Of a stretch of 64,000 nucleotides of DNA, positions 50,301-61,127 are shown piece after piece. Source of the stretch: Fistulifera solaris (taxonomy: Eukaryota); NCBI GenBank assembly GCA_030295235.1, contig AP026173.1, positions 248,001-312,000 of the forward strand. Direction: 5' to 3'. The number at the start of each line of letters is the position of its first letter. Positions within the stretch are counted from its first letter, which is position 1. The notes below the pieces were generated by a model, which saw nothing but the letters and a program-made list of their open reading frames with translations, searched no databases and was not told where the DNA came from. A program made the translations under genes and the position numbers.

Positions 50301-52784
50301 TTTCCCTTTGTCAGTTGAGGAACAGAATAGCCAAGCCGTTGCTGAGTTGAAGGCAAAGTTCACGCAGACGTTGGAGCAAAAGCTGAAGGACCGAGCCATG
50401 CCCTTGGATCCGACCGAGATACCGGAAGACGAGCGCACCCCAGAGTTGGAATACTATGTTCGACCGAGTCGCAAGATCCCGAAGTTCCCGAGATTAAGGA
50501 AGCTGATGAGTTTGATTACGATTCATACAATCAATATATCTCAGCAAGGGTAATGCTTCCGCAAGGGGACTCGATGTCGACGGTACGGTTAAAGGTCGGA
50601 AGCACGATCAAGACGGGAATCCTATTGGCCGGTACCATCCTAACCCTTTGCTCCGACACCGCTCTGTATGAGATTGAATTTGATACGGGTGAAGTGGAGG
50701 CTTATCATGCGAATCAGATCGCTGAAGCCATCTATGCCGAAGTCGATGACCATGGGCGTGCGAAGTTATGTCCTAAAGGAAATAGTGGACTACAAGAAAG
50801 AGTCGACGCGGTTCCGCATGAAGAGGCATTCGTGATCCACAACGACCGAAAGTATCCTAAGCGGACTACCAAGGGATGGAAACTGTGTTGTCTATGGAAT
50901 GATGGCACTACTACTTGGGAGAAATTGAAAGACCTAAAGCAGTCTCACCCTATACAGTTAGCGGAATTTGCTGTTGCGAGACAGATTGCTGAGGAGCCTG
51001 CTTTCTCATGGTGGGTTCCCTACACGCTCAAGAGAAGGACCAGGATCATCAAAGCGATGGCTAAGCGCTACTTTCGTGTTACTCAGAAATATGGAATCGC
51101 GTTGCCAAAGACAGTCGAAGAAGCATTGGCGATTGATCGCGCTACGGGAACTGACTTTTGGGCGAAGGCGAGAAGAGATGCGGCGGTAGCTAAGGCGTTT
51201 CAGATCCTTGACGAAGACGCCTCCCGATCCTGCTGGTTTTACCAAGATTGGGGTTCACATGGTTTTTGATATAAAACCAGATTTCACACGGAAGGCCCGC
51301 CTCGTAGCAGGGGGGACACATGACGGATCCGCCGAGCTCGATTACCTATGCTAGTGTTGTATCGAGAGAAAGCGTGCGGATTGCCTTCCTACTAGCGGCA
51401 TTGAACGATTTGGACATTATGGCGGCAGATATTGGAAATGCGTACTTGAATGCACCAGTTCGAGAACGAATCTTTATTATTTGCGGTGCCGAATTTGGTC
51501 CACAGTTCAAAGGTCGAAAGGCGAAAATCGTGAAAGCTCTTTACCGGACTGAAGAGTTCTGGAGCTGCGTGGAGGTCGTATCTGAGTGAGTGTTTGCATG
51601 AGTCGTTGAGTTTTACACCTTGTCGAAGCCGGATAACGATGTATGGATACGGCCGGCACAGAAAGCGGATGGGGCTAGTTACTACGAGTTGGTATTGGTC
51701 TATACGGATGACATCCTGTGTGTTTCTGCGGCGCCGGAAGCTATTCTATACAAGCTTGATCAACACTTTCTTCTGAAAGAAGGTTCGATAGGCAAGCCAA
51801 CTCGCTACTTGGGTTCGACAATTGGTCAGCATCAATTCCCGGGTGATGAAAAGCCTTGTTGGTCGATGAGTTCGAATGAATATGTGAAGGAAGCAATACG
51901 AAACGTTTGTCTTTGGTTGGAAAAGCGAGATGAGGCTTTACCGAAGAAGGCGTCAAGTGTTTTACCACCGAAGTACCGTCCGGAGCTTGACATATCGCCG
52001 GGAGTGCGATGACGACGAAATCCAGTTTTATCACTCGCAGATAGGGGTTTTACGCTGGATGGTCGAGCTTGGAAGAGTTGATATTTGTGGTGAAGTTTCG
52101 ATGCTTGCGTCTCACAGTGCGATGCCAAGGAAAGGCCATCTAGCTGCGGTTGTGCATGTCTTTGCATATTTGAAGTCACATGAAAGGTCTAAGATTGTGT
52201 TCGATCCTTCGTATGTCGAGCACGCCAGACAACCTAGACCTGATTGGAACGACTTTTACCGAGATGCTAAGCCTATGATTCCAACGGATTGTCCAAAGCC
52301 ATTGGGTAAGCCTGTGCAAATAACGTGTTTCGTTGATGCTGACTTGGCGGGTGACCATGTTACTCGTCGTTCCCGTACAGGTGTCTTGATCTATTTGAAC
52401 AGGTCATTGACAGTATGGTACAGCAAGAAGCAAACTTCGATTGAGACGTCGACATTTGGTGCTGAGTTTAGTGCTATGAAAACGGCGGTCGAGTTAATCG
52501 AAGGTCTACGGTACAAACTACAGATGATGGGTGTTCCGGTAGAAGATCCTGCGGTTGTCAAAGGTGACAATATGTCGGTGATCAAGAACTCGAGTATTCC
52601 TGAATCAGTTCTGAAGAAGAAGTCCAATTCGGTGGCATATCACTATGTAATGCGTGAGCGAGTTGCGATGGGTATCGTTGATGTATCCTACGAGCCTACG
52701 AAGACGAATTTGGCAGATATTCTGACGAAGATTCAAGCTGGGAATGTACGAGATCCACTGGTGAAGCGTATTTTACATCAGTGA
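47316..52784 (+). CDS. gag-pol of the copia element (many small indels)
   Basis: gag GGPAWNWVK..DGR..YFAL; protease RAELDSHCDTC; integrase D..GVPHTLIPDNAGE..AEDGIRELK; RT YASVVSRESVRI, ADIGNAYLNA and YTDD; RNase H FVDADLAGD..TRRSRTG, KKQTSIETSTFGAEF. Confidence 0.9.
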
Positions 52785-53085
52785 TGCAGGCGATAGGTCC
52801 CGATGCACTGGTTGGGTAGTTATGTTTACTATTCCGATGGGATGAGCCTCCTGGGGATAAGTTTTTCGTCCAGGTACAGTGATTGAAGTTTCAAGTTTGA
52901 TACGTGGTTTTGACGTATTTTCCACGGACAAGTCGATGTGTGGTTTTGATGTATTTTCCACATGATGAAGGATGGATTCGATGAATGAATCGTCATGGTT
53001 TTTATGTTGTTTTTCCATGAAATAAGGGTTTATCGGTTATGAAGGACACGTTGAAGCCCTAGCTCGGGTCTCATCGTGAGGGGAC

Positions 53086-53173
53086 CGAAATAACCGAGTG
53101 TAGTACAGACGGGGAAGCCTCCGTGGTAGATGTAACACTTGTAGTCATAATTTTACACCACTGCCTTATTTCG
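53086..53173 (+). repeat. 3' LTR (88 bp)
   Basis: Identical to the 5' LTR; preceded by purine tract GAGGGGA(C) at 53078-53085; followed by CTGG at 53174-53177. Confidence 0.92.
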
Positions 53174-53281
53174 CTGGAGTATTTGCAAAAAACTTATTAG
53201 ACCTCTTCGACACTTTTTTCGACCATGATGAAACTATTCACAGAAGTCGTATAACCATCTCCATCCATAGTCAACAATACG

Positions 53282-55022
53282 ATGTACCGAATTATAGGAG
53301 CATTAAAGTCGTTTCCCAATCGTGTGGGGAATCTCGATCTCGGCAGGAAATCCGACAATTACGGCCAGGAATGGCCGTCCACGATGCTGTTGTATCGCCT
53401 CGTCTTTTTTGGAGAAATTCACAGTCGGCCGGAAATTGTTCAACGACAGGAAGACGTGTTACAGCAAATGATTGCCACGGGCGATTCGGTGCACGTCATT
53501 ATGGAGCATTTTTCGTTGGATATGCAACAATTGTTAGATGATTATACACAAGGCCGGTGTTCGTTTGAAGAGTTAATCCAACAGTATCAAGACATTGGAA
53601 CCGAAGGTCATGATTTAAAACCGTACGAGTCGTTCTTGGAGAAAACACGACAATCTTCTTCGGTGTTCTTACATGCCGGATTCTTGTCTCGCACCTATGC
53701 ACGCCAGTTGATGAAAGAAGGGGAAGCGGCCGCCTTACAAAGTGCGCGTCTGTGGTTACCGCCAGACACCACGCAATTACAGGGCAATGAATTTCATTAC
53801 AATATTTTTGAAAGTATGATTACGGGACGAAATTTGGCGGAAGATGCGCCGTCCGATACGTTCCGTGGTATTTTTCAAGCGCAATTGTTGAAAGACGTCG
53901 CCATGGCGCATAAAATCAATACAATCATTGAAGGACATCCCAACGATCGGTTTCTGGTACTCGCAGGAAATGGTCACGTATCGCATTATCAAGGTGTTCC
54001 CGAGCGTGTTTTGGCACAACATCCGGATTTGATTCCGCAATCGTGCCTCATTGTGTCTCGTGTATGGAACGAAACGACCCTCATATCGGACGCCGCCGCA
54101 GTACAAATCGTATCATCCTCGTACGAAAATGCTGCGGATTATGTCTTGGCTTATCAAGAAAGAAAGACAGAAGATGCAGTGAAACAGGACGTGGCGGAAA
54201 TGTACAATCAAGTGGGCGACACAGCCCATCTGGAAGGAAATTTGATGCGAGCGCGCGCCATTTTGAAGTACTTGGAGTATACCGACGAAGACATTGCGGT
54301 GGCCGGTCGTGACGCCTACAATTATCAAGGTGTCGGGAATCCGCATAAGCATGCCCAAATTCAGCCGGGAGAGCGTGTCTTGGATGTTGGTTCTGGATTA
54401 GGTGTGGATAGTTTCATTGCCGCACATCGTACCGGTCCACACGGTCGAGTGATTGGCATCGATCTCAGTCACAGTGAAGTGGAACACGCCAATCGTCGAG
54501 CTCTATCCCGAGAGATGAAGCATCTGGAATTTATGGTCGCCGATATGGAACATATACCATTGCCCGATGCTTCGATGGATGTCATTGTATCGAATGGTGC
54601 GTTTTGTCTCGCGCCGAACAAGAAAAAAGGCCTTTGCCGAATTGTTCCGTGTTTTGCGGCCCGGTGGGAGAATCGCCATTTGTACATCGACGCTTCGATC
54701 CAAGCAACTGCCCGAAGGTATCCAGTGGCCTCTCTGTATGGAAATGTTCATTGCCAAAGACCAGTTGGAACCGATGTGTTCGGAATTGGGCTTTGAAAAT
54801 ATTGTAATCGATGACAGCCATTCGAAAATGGTCTACGAATTACCCGAAGAAGAGGAAACAAGTACTTTAAATCCGGATCGACATCGGGTTCATGGCAACA
54901 ATCCCGCGTTTCGGCATTTAGAAGAATTCAATATGAATGAACTTTGTGCTCGAGTTTGCGTCGTTGCAAAGAAACCATTGGGAGACGATGACGTACAGTC
55001 GGAACAGCAAGATGCATTGTAA
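53282..55022 (+). CDS. ChaN-like (haem-uptake/Tiki superfamily) domain fused to ArsM-like SAM-dependent methyltransferase
   Basis: N-terminal half LVFFGEIHS..MEHF..Q.LLDDY..AQLLKDVAMA..LAGNGHVSH..GVPER; C-terminal half GVGNP..IQPGERVLDVGSGLGVD..GRVIGIDLS..DVIVSNG..FRVLRPGGR; one frameshift in an A-run near 54625. Confidence 0.75.
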
Positions 55023-55058
55023 ATTTAACAACAATAAGAAAAGTCTTTTCTATTTCTA

Positions 55059-55694
55059 TTAGTGAGCTTGTGTTGCTAAAACAGACGGCTCTTGGATGGG
55101 AATTTTATTAGTATAAGGCGCCAGTCCATTCAGTTCCCGGAAGATCAATTGTTCCAAATCGTGCCCTTCTTCATTTAGAGAGTTCATTCGATCTTCATTC
55201 GACCACTCCTTACTTTTATGAACCCTCCAAGCCATCAGGCGACTTTTGAGGTCATTGGATACGGGAAGATGTTGGATCGGTACGATGAATCCGTAATTTT
55301 TATCGCGCACGTGCCACCATGCACAGGGACTGTTACCGACTTCAATGTTCGAATACAGAGGACGAAAGTCTTCTACTTGAATCTGACTTTCTAAGCCATG
55401 CTCGCGGAGGACCGTCCGTAGATTTTCAACGAGCTGGATGCCTTTCGCGTTGAACTCGTGAAGCTGTTCAATGGAGGCAAAGAGCGGATGTCCCTTCTTG
55501 GCGACATGCTGTTTCTGCTCCGAGAGCCACTCTTCATACTGCAACATCCACTCGTGCAGTACACCCGATTCCTCTACTTGCAAATCGTTGACGATAGCTG
55601 GTTGGCTGTGTCCCTCCGTGCATTGAATGTGCAGTCCTTTATCGAAACGATGAAGATGTTCGTCGAACGAGAGCAATGAGATGATGTATTTCAT
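55059..55694 (-). CDS. Unknown 211-aa protein
   Basis: Clean ORF with protein-like composition; convergent with the previous gene. Confidence 0.6.
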   Translation of the reverse strand: MKYIISLLSFDEHLHRFDKGLHIQCTEGHSQPAIVNDLQVEESGVLHEWMLQYEEWLSEQKQHVAKKGHPLFASIEQLHEFNAKGIQLVENLRTVLREHGLESQIQVEDFRPLYSNIEVGNSPCAWWHVRDKNYGFIVPIQHLPVSNDLKSRLMAWRVHKSKEWSNEDRMNSLNEEGHDLEQLIFRELNGLAPYTNKIPIQEPSVLATQAH

Positions 55695-56603
55695 AGAAGA
55701 TGGATTTCTATATTAGCTTTTGCAGTAATTATTCACGTAATGTAGTTTATGGCCATGCGGATGGACCCGATGGCACCATCATTTGATGTTTATTGTTGGC
55801 TCCGATACATGCAATGCGAACCATGGAAAGGAACTATTTTATCCCGAAGGTATCTTTTGTGAAGGAAATAATAAAACGTTGACACCACCTATCACGAGTC
55901 ACGAGCAAGATGGGACTGGATCAAGTCAAATCAATGATGACGTCAAATTGTTGTCTCGGTAGAATATTCAATCACCCTTCCTATTAGAAAAGCGCGCCAG
56001 GTTTTGAAGAAGCGCGCCCAAGTTTTGGTGAATACAAAGTAAGAAGCAAAGGAAGGATTGAATAGTGGTAATTGTCATTATTTTGAGACACAATCACCAA
56101 AGCCTATCTTCTTTCAGACACTTTTTTGCCATGCCAGCTTACGATTCTGACGATTCTTCCTATGCTTCGACCGTTAGCGACGACATGCTGCTTGCTGATA
56201 GCGATCTCGAAGAGATTCTCATTCTATGGCTTCTAGCCGAGCAAGAACGCAGAGACACTGATTTATTGCTGCTTGCATTGCTGTTGAGCTAAAAGGAAAA
56301 GGAGCCGGATCAAACGAGACAAGACACAAGCCGAGCTGCTAGACTATACAAGCTGTCTAGTAATTCAACATATTTATCCAGGAATCCTTCTACTTGCTCG
56401 TCTCTTTTAGCAGGACTATGTCAATGATCATGAACTCTGAATGGAGACATGCATACAGAAACGCATCCTTGCTAGCAAGCACAACAATCCCGAGGTGAAA
56501 GGTCGTTACCGAAACTGCGTTCGACTATCGGGCTTGCCTCTTATAGTCGTTGCAGAAGTACTTGTTACAACACTACCTGCAGTAGGTACCTTTGAATGCT
56601 TTT

Positions 56604-58032
56604 CTAAGGGGCGGCACCTTTCAAAAATCCAGCTTTCGTTGGCAGTGCCTTACTTTGTTTATCACACACTGGTAATTGAACGCCTCGCTGTGACCAATCA
56701 ATTGTGTTTTGCAATCGCCAATCGGTGTCGATAATCGTTCCTCCGTTGTAAAGCGGCTCTCCATAACGTTCAAACCAGTTCGTGTGGATTCCAATCACGT
56801 AGTTTTCTGAATCGAGGATGGCCGCTCCCGATAAACCCCCGGCGGTATCACAATAGTAGCAGGCGTAGTTGTCGAGCGATAAACAGTCAAATGCTTCACC
56901 ATGGCAAACACCTGTCGTCCACATACTTCCATACTCCATATCTTCCGGATAGCCATTGATGGTTGCGTCATTCAGGCTCTTCTCGCCAATCTTTGTCTTT
57001 CGAAGCCCGGCAAAGCCAACCACGTCCCCGATGAAAGTACATCCGTCGTCTCTCGGTGCCAACAAGACAACAGCATAATCATGGTTGAATCGATGTTTGG
57101 TACTCGTGCCGCGCAGATAAGCTTGATAGAGGGTAGTACTGGTCGGGTACCATTCCCCAAAGGGATCTTTGATGACATCATTCTCACGAAATCGACCGGG
57201 CACAAAACGGTGAAGCTGTAACCAATCGTCCGCTTCCAGATCGTAGACACAATGTGCCGCCGTCAAAACAGCGTTTCGTGAAATCACCGTACCGCTACAG
57301 AATTTACCGTCTCCGAACTCCATTTGACCCACGACAGAGTAAGGATACACAGTAGTGTTTGCAATGGCAGTACGTCCATCCTCTCCTATGACATTCCGAA
57401 GCATGGGACGCAGCTGACTCGGGGTGTATACGGTGCGTGGGGAAAGAACGAGCTCCGTAGTATTGTATCGCGTCGCGTATTCTAGGCCTTTACTATACGA
57501 AAAGCGCCTAGCACCTATAAAGGCTTCTTCAGAATTGCCTAACATTGTTTCGTTGAACTCATCGCTAATATTGACGCCATTCTTATCGGAAAAGGTACCT
57601 TGCTGTTTTCCGTAAGCAATATCAGCTGATCGTCGTTTCGCTACAAGACGGAATCCCTCGTCCTGAAATTGCAACATCTCCTCCTCAGTGACCGAGCCCG
57701 AACAATCCACATGTCTGTCCCACTCCACATCTATTTCCCGAAACGTAACTCCCTACACAAACGACTTTGAGTGTTCAAAGCAATCGCGCATCACTCAACA
57801 GCAGCATCGTTCGTACCTGACACGTTGCCAAACAAGCATTCATATAAATCTCTCCATCACCACCTTCGACGGCCGGCCCCACGAGTGAACATCCGTATGA
57901 GCATTCGTACGGGTCCACCGCCGCCGCTGCGAGGTAAGCAGGGGATACCCATGAGGCGGCCATGATGAGGACGACGACGACCGTGTCTACCATAACGACC
58001 ATGACGACGACCAGGATGTCGACGACCACCAC
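56604..58032 (-). CDS. Secreted V8/glutamyl-endopeptidase-like S1 serine protease with N-terminal Kazal-like domain
   Basis: CSGTVIS..LTAAHC (His), DYAVV (Asp), CDTAGGLSG (Ser); upstream exon with hydrophobic leader and C..C..VEGGDGEIYMNACLATC spliced in frame via intron 57753-57816; start and end uncertain. Confidence 0.8.
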
Positions 58033-58416
58033 CGTATTGACGAAGTAGTCGCTTCAATTGTGGGAGGTATCTCATTAATTTCATGATGGACGATTTGGGA
58101 GAGAACATTATGAACGAAACTCCTTCGTTTGCGAGAAAGTTCAAGGTGACGTCTGATTTCGATGGATGACTCTTTCCATAATCCTCCACTCTCTCTAACT
58201 AAGCCTGCTTCTTCTTGGGGCTTCCCGTTAGCAGATCACTTATGCGTCGAAAATCATTTTATATGGCCCAGAATCGTCTTCTATTGCCGTTTGGAATGTG
58301 AACTCTCTTATTTGCGCCGAAACGACGAAACAGAAAGAAAACGCCAACCGTACCCTGGTATAGAAACGCGCGCCGAAGAATCAGATGTCGTACCGCGTAA
58401 CATTGCAACGTGATAC

Positions 58417-59944
58417 AAAGGGAACCTTGCTATCTCCATACGGTTACGTCATCACGTCTGTCATCCACCAGTTCGTTCGTCGGCTTGCACGCCAGCCCAC
58501 GTTCTTTGCCATTTCCGTTGGAAGGTCACTTTATCCCGAACTCTCGACACAGTTTTTTTTTTTTCAAGAAGTACGGTACGGTACAAGTATTTGTACGAAG
58601 TACGAAGTCTGCGCCACTGCGGAGTTTCCTAAGACTCTAGACTCTAGACTCTGGTATCAAAGCAAAGGAGCAGGCACAGGAATAATTTATTAAAACAAAT
58701 CGAGTTGAGCAACTTCGTTACATCAGTTTCACACTAGAAATTTCGCACACTTGTTTAATTGGTGCAAAGGCCTCTAGATTGATGAAGATAAACACAAGTC
58801 AAATGATTTTATTTCATATTTTCTTCAATAAATGAGACAATTTCCGTTTCATGGAGAGCCGGATTTGACGTATAGCAGTGCCAACGACATGTGAGCCGGT
58901 TCATGAGCCGCCTGCACTGAGATAATACGGATCAACTACCATCATCCGACTTGAATATAGAGAGGACGACTTTTACCCCTGATGTTGAGCCGGCTACATA
59001 GTGAAGAACCAGATCATGATCCGGCGTGCATGTAGAGCGGACGACTTGTACGCCGGATCATAATCTAGCTAGTACCTTGTGAATAGCCGGGTTAAGATCT
59101 TGCGTATGTAGCACGGATTTCATGCAAACCCATGCTGAATCACAAGCCGATGATTGTAGAGCCTTTAATCCCGATTCCTTAGACTAGGCAGGAGGGCAGT
59201 ATAAGTGTAAAAGGTTTGCACGCAAAGAAATTCTTTGCGCGATAATCAAGATTATCCCGACTCTTAAGTGGTTAAATTACACGCAAAGAAATTCTTTGCG
59301 CGATAACCTGAGATCCGTTTATCCTTACTCTTAAGTGGTAAATTTTATACGCAAAGAAATTATTTGCGTGATATTTGTACAGGTACAGTACCCTTCTCTC
59401 GTCTCCCTAGCTAGTCTTTCGTAGACCTAGTCTAGAAGAAACTGGGAACACAGAAGAAATAATGTGCATGAGCACAGACGTGATATTATCAAAGGCAGAT
59501 GGTTCACCAAACAACCACTCAAATAACTTCCACACCAGAAATCACTTGTTTCCTGAGTACCTTATTTCGTCTCCCTCTAGAGCTCTTTCGTAGGCCTAGT
59601 CTAGAAGAAACTAGGATCACAAGATCAATTATGTGCGTTAGCACAGACTACAAGAACTTAAATAACTTCTACACCAGAAATCACTTGTTTGCTGAGACAA
59701 GAATGAAAAACAAGCGATAACGCGCAAAGAATTTATTTGCGTGATAACCGACTTGGAGTTTTCAAAGATGAATCTTTGATCTACGCCGACAAAAACCAGG
59801 ATGAGACTAGGTAAAAAACGTGATTGGAGAGCCGGCACGTCTTTTGAGGCAGCTGCGTAAACGAAATCTATTCTGGTTACACGTGGAATTTTGCAACCGG
59901 TAATGACGTAACCGTATGGAGATACCAGTAGCAAGGTTCCCTTT
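58417..59944. mobile_element. Putative non-autonomous TIR element (about 1.5 kb)
   Basis: Inverted ends AAAGGGAACCTTGCTA[CTGGTA]TCTCCATACGGTTACGTCAT; non-coding interior with internal repeats; no clear TSD. Confidence 0.65.
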
Positions 59945-61127
59945 CGGAATGAAAAATACTCCGTAATTACGTAATTACCTTCGAGTCACGAAATGCAAAG
60001 ATACGGCAGATGACAGACGAACGTCGCTATTCCTCCAATGAAAAAAGGAAGTCATCGCAAGAACAATCGCGCTTCATAAAAAAAAAGAGACCGAATGACG
60101 AATAAACCATAGACTGATATGACAAAGACAGCGTCATGGCGCTAGCTGTTGCTATTTATGACAGAGACATTCGAAACAAAGATGAAGCAGTATTGAGAAG
60201 GAACGACGCGCTCGAGTCGACGCATGTATGGTGCGTTTCCCCATCCTGTCGTGTTTTTCATTGCAAAAGCAACGAATCGATGATTATACCAAAATATTTG
60301 CTACTCCTCATTGAGTTAATACTCATGACGACATATACTATCACCAAGATCGATGAGATTCTACACTTACGGATGGAACGAAGCCGAATACAACTGAATG
60401 TACAACGTTTTGTTGCGTGTCTTTCTCACCTGTTTGATTCTTCTTTCATCACTATACATAGGGTCTCGATGAAGCAATTTGGCCTTCAAGTAACGTTCAG
60501 ATGAATGCTTTGACGAAGTGACGAGGACAGCACCGGCATCGGATGTTCAATCTGTCGATACCTTCGTGTCGGGAGTCACATTCGCTCGCCTGAGTCTCTA
60601 GCGAAACACTATTCCATCTTGCTGTAGGAACAAAAGGAACGTCGGCTTGAACATAGTTTGAGGAGTCGTCGGAAACGTTGCCAAAAAGGAAGAAACAATC
60701 AGTTCAAAGCATGTTTCTGGCTCTCACATTAGTCACATATATTGAAAAATCCGTTTCGCTCCTTCATTTGCGATAAGGACTTTATCCAAGTACGATTCTT
60801 AGAACTAAATAGCTGCCTTTTACTTCCAAGGTATTTGAAGCGTCTTAGCTATGGGCTATCTTGGTCTTCGCAGTCTCTTCTTTGTGAGGTGCGACGTACG
60901 AACGTATCTAACCTTAACACTATGCGGGTACAAAGGCGATCGTCGGAAGGAAAAAATATTGCAAATATCCGCACCAAACGAAAGCGTCAACCAAACATCA
61001 CCATGGCTCAAATATAACGCATGTTCATCATCTTCAGGTACCATATATATCGCAATTGCATCAAGCGTACCATAAAAGCGCCAGGGATGTTGACTTGGCT
61101 GTGTTGTTTACTACTATCACCAGCGAA

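Larger units (their letters stand above)
46371..53173 (+). mobile_element. Full-length Ty1/copia (CoDi-like) LTR retrotransposon
   Basis: Identical 88-bp direct repeats at both ends; CTGG duplicated on both flanks; gag-PR-IN-RT-RH domain order. Confidence 0.95.

Noticed and set aside
56130..56292. Short acidic/Leu-rich ORF MPAYDSDDSS...
   Set aside because: Only 53 aa with no homolog in the window; it may be real but cannot be supported from sequence alone.
59220..59380. CRISPR-like array of palindromic repeats
   Set aside because: Only 3-4 units, the spacers resemble each other (both contain ACTCTTAAGTGGT), there are no cas genes, and the context is eukaryotic.
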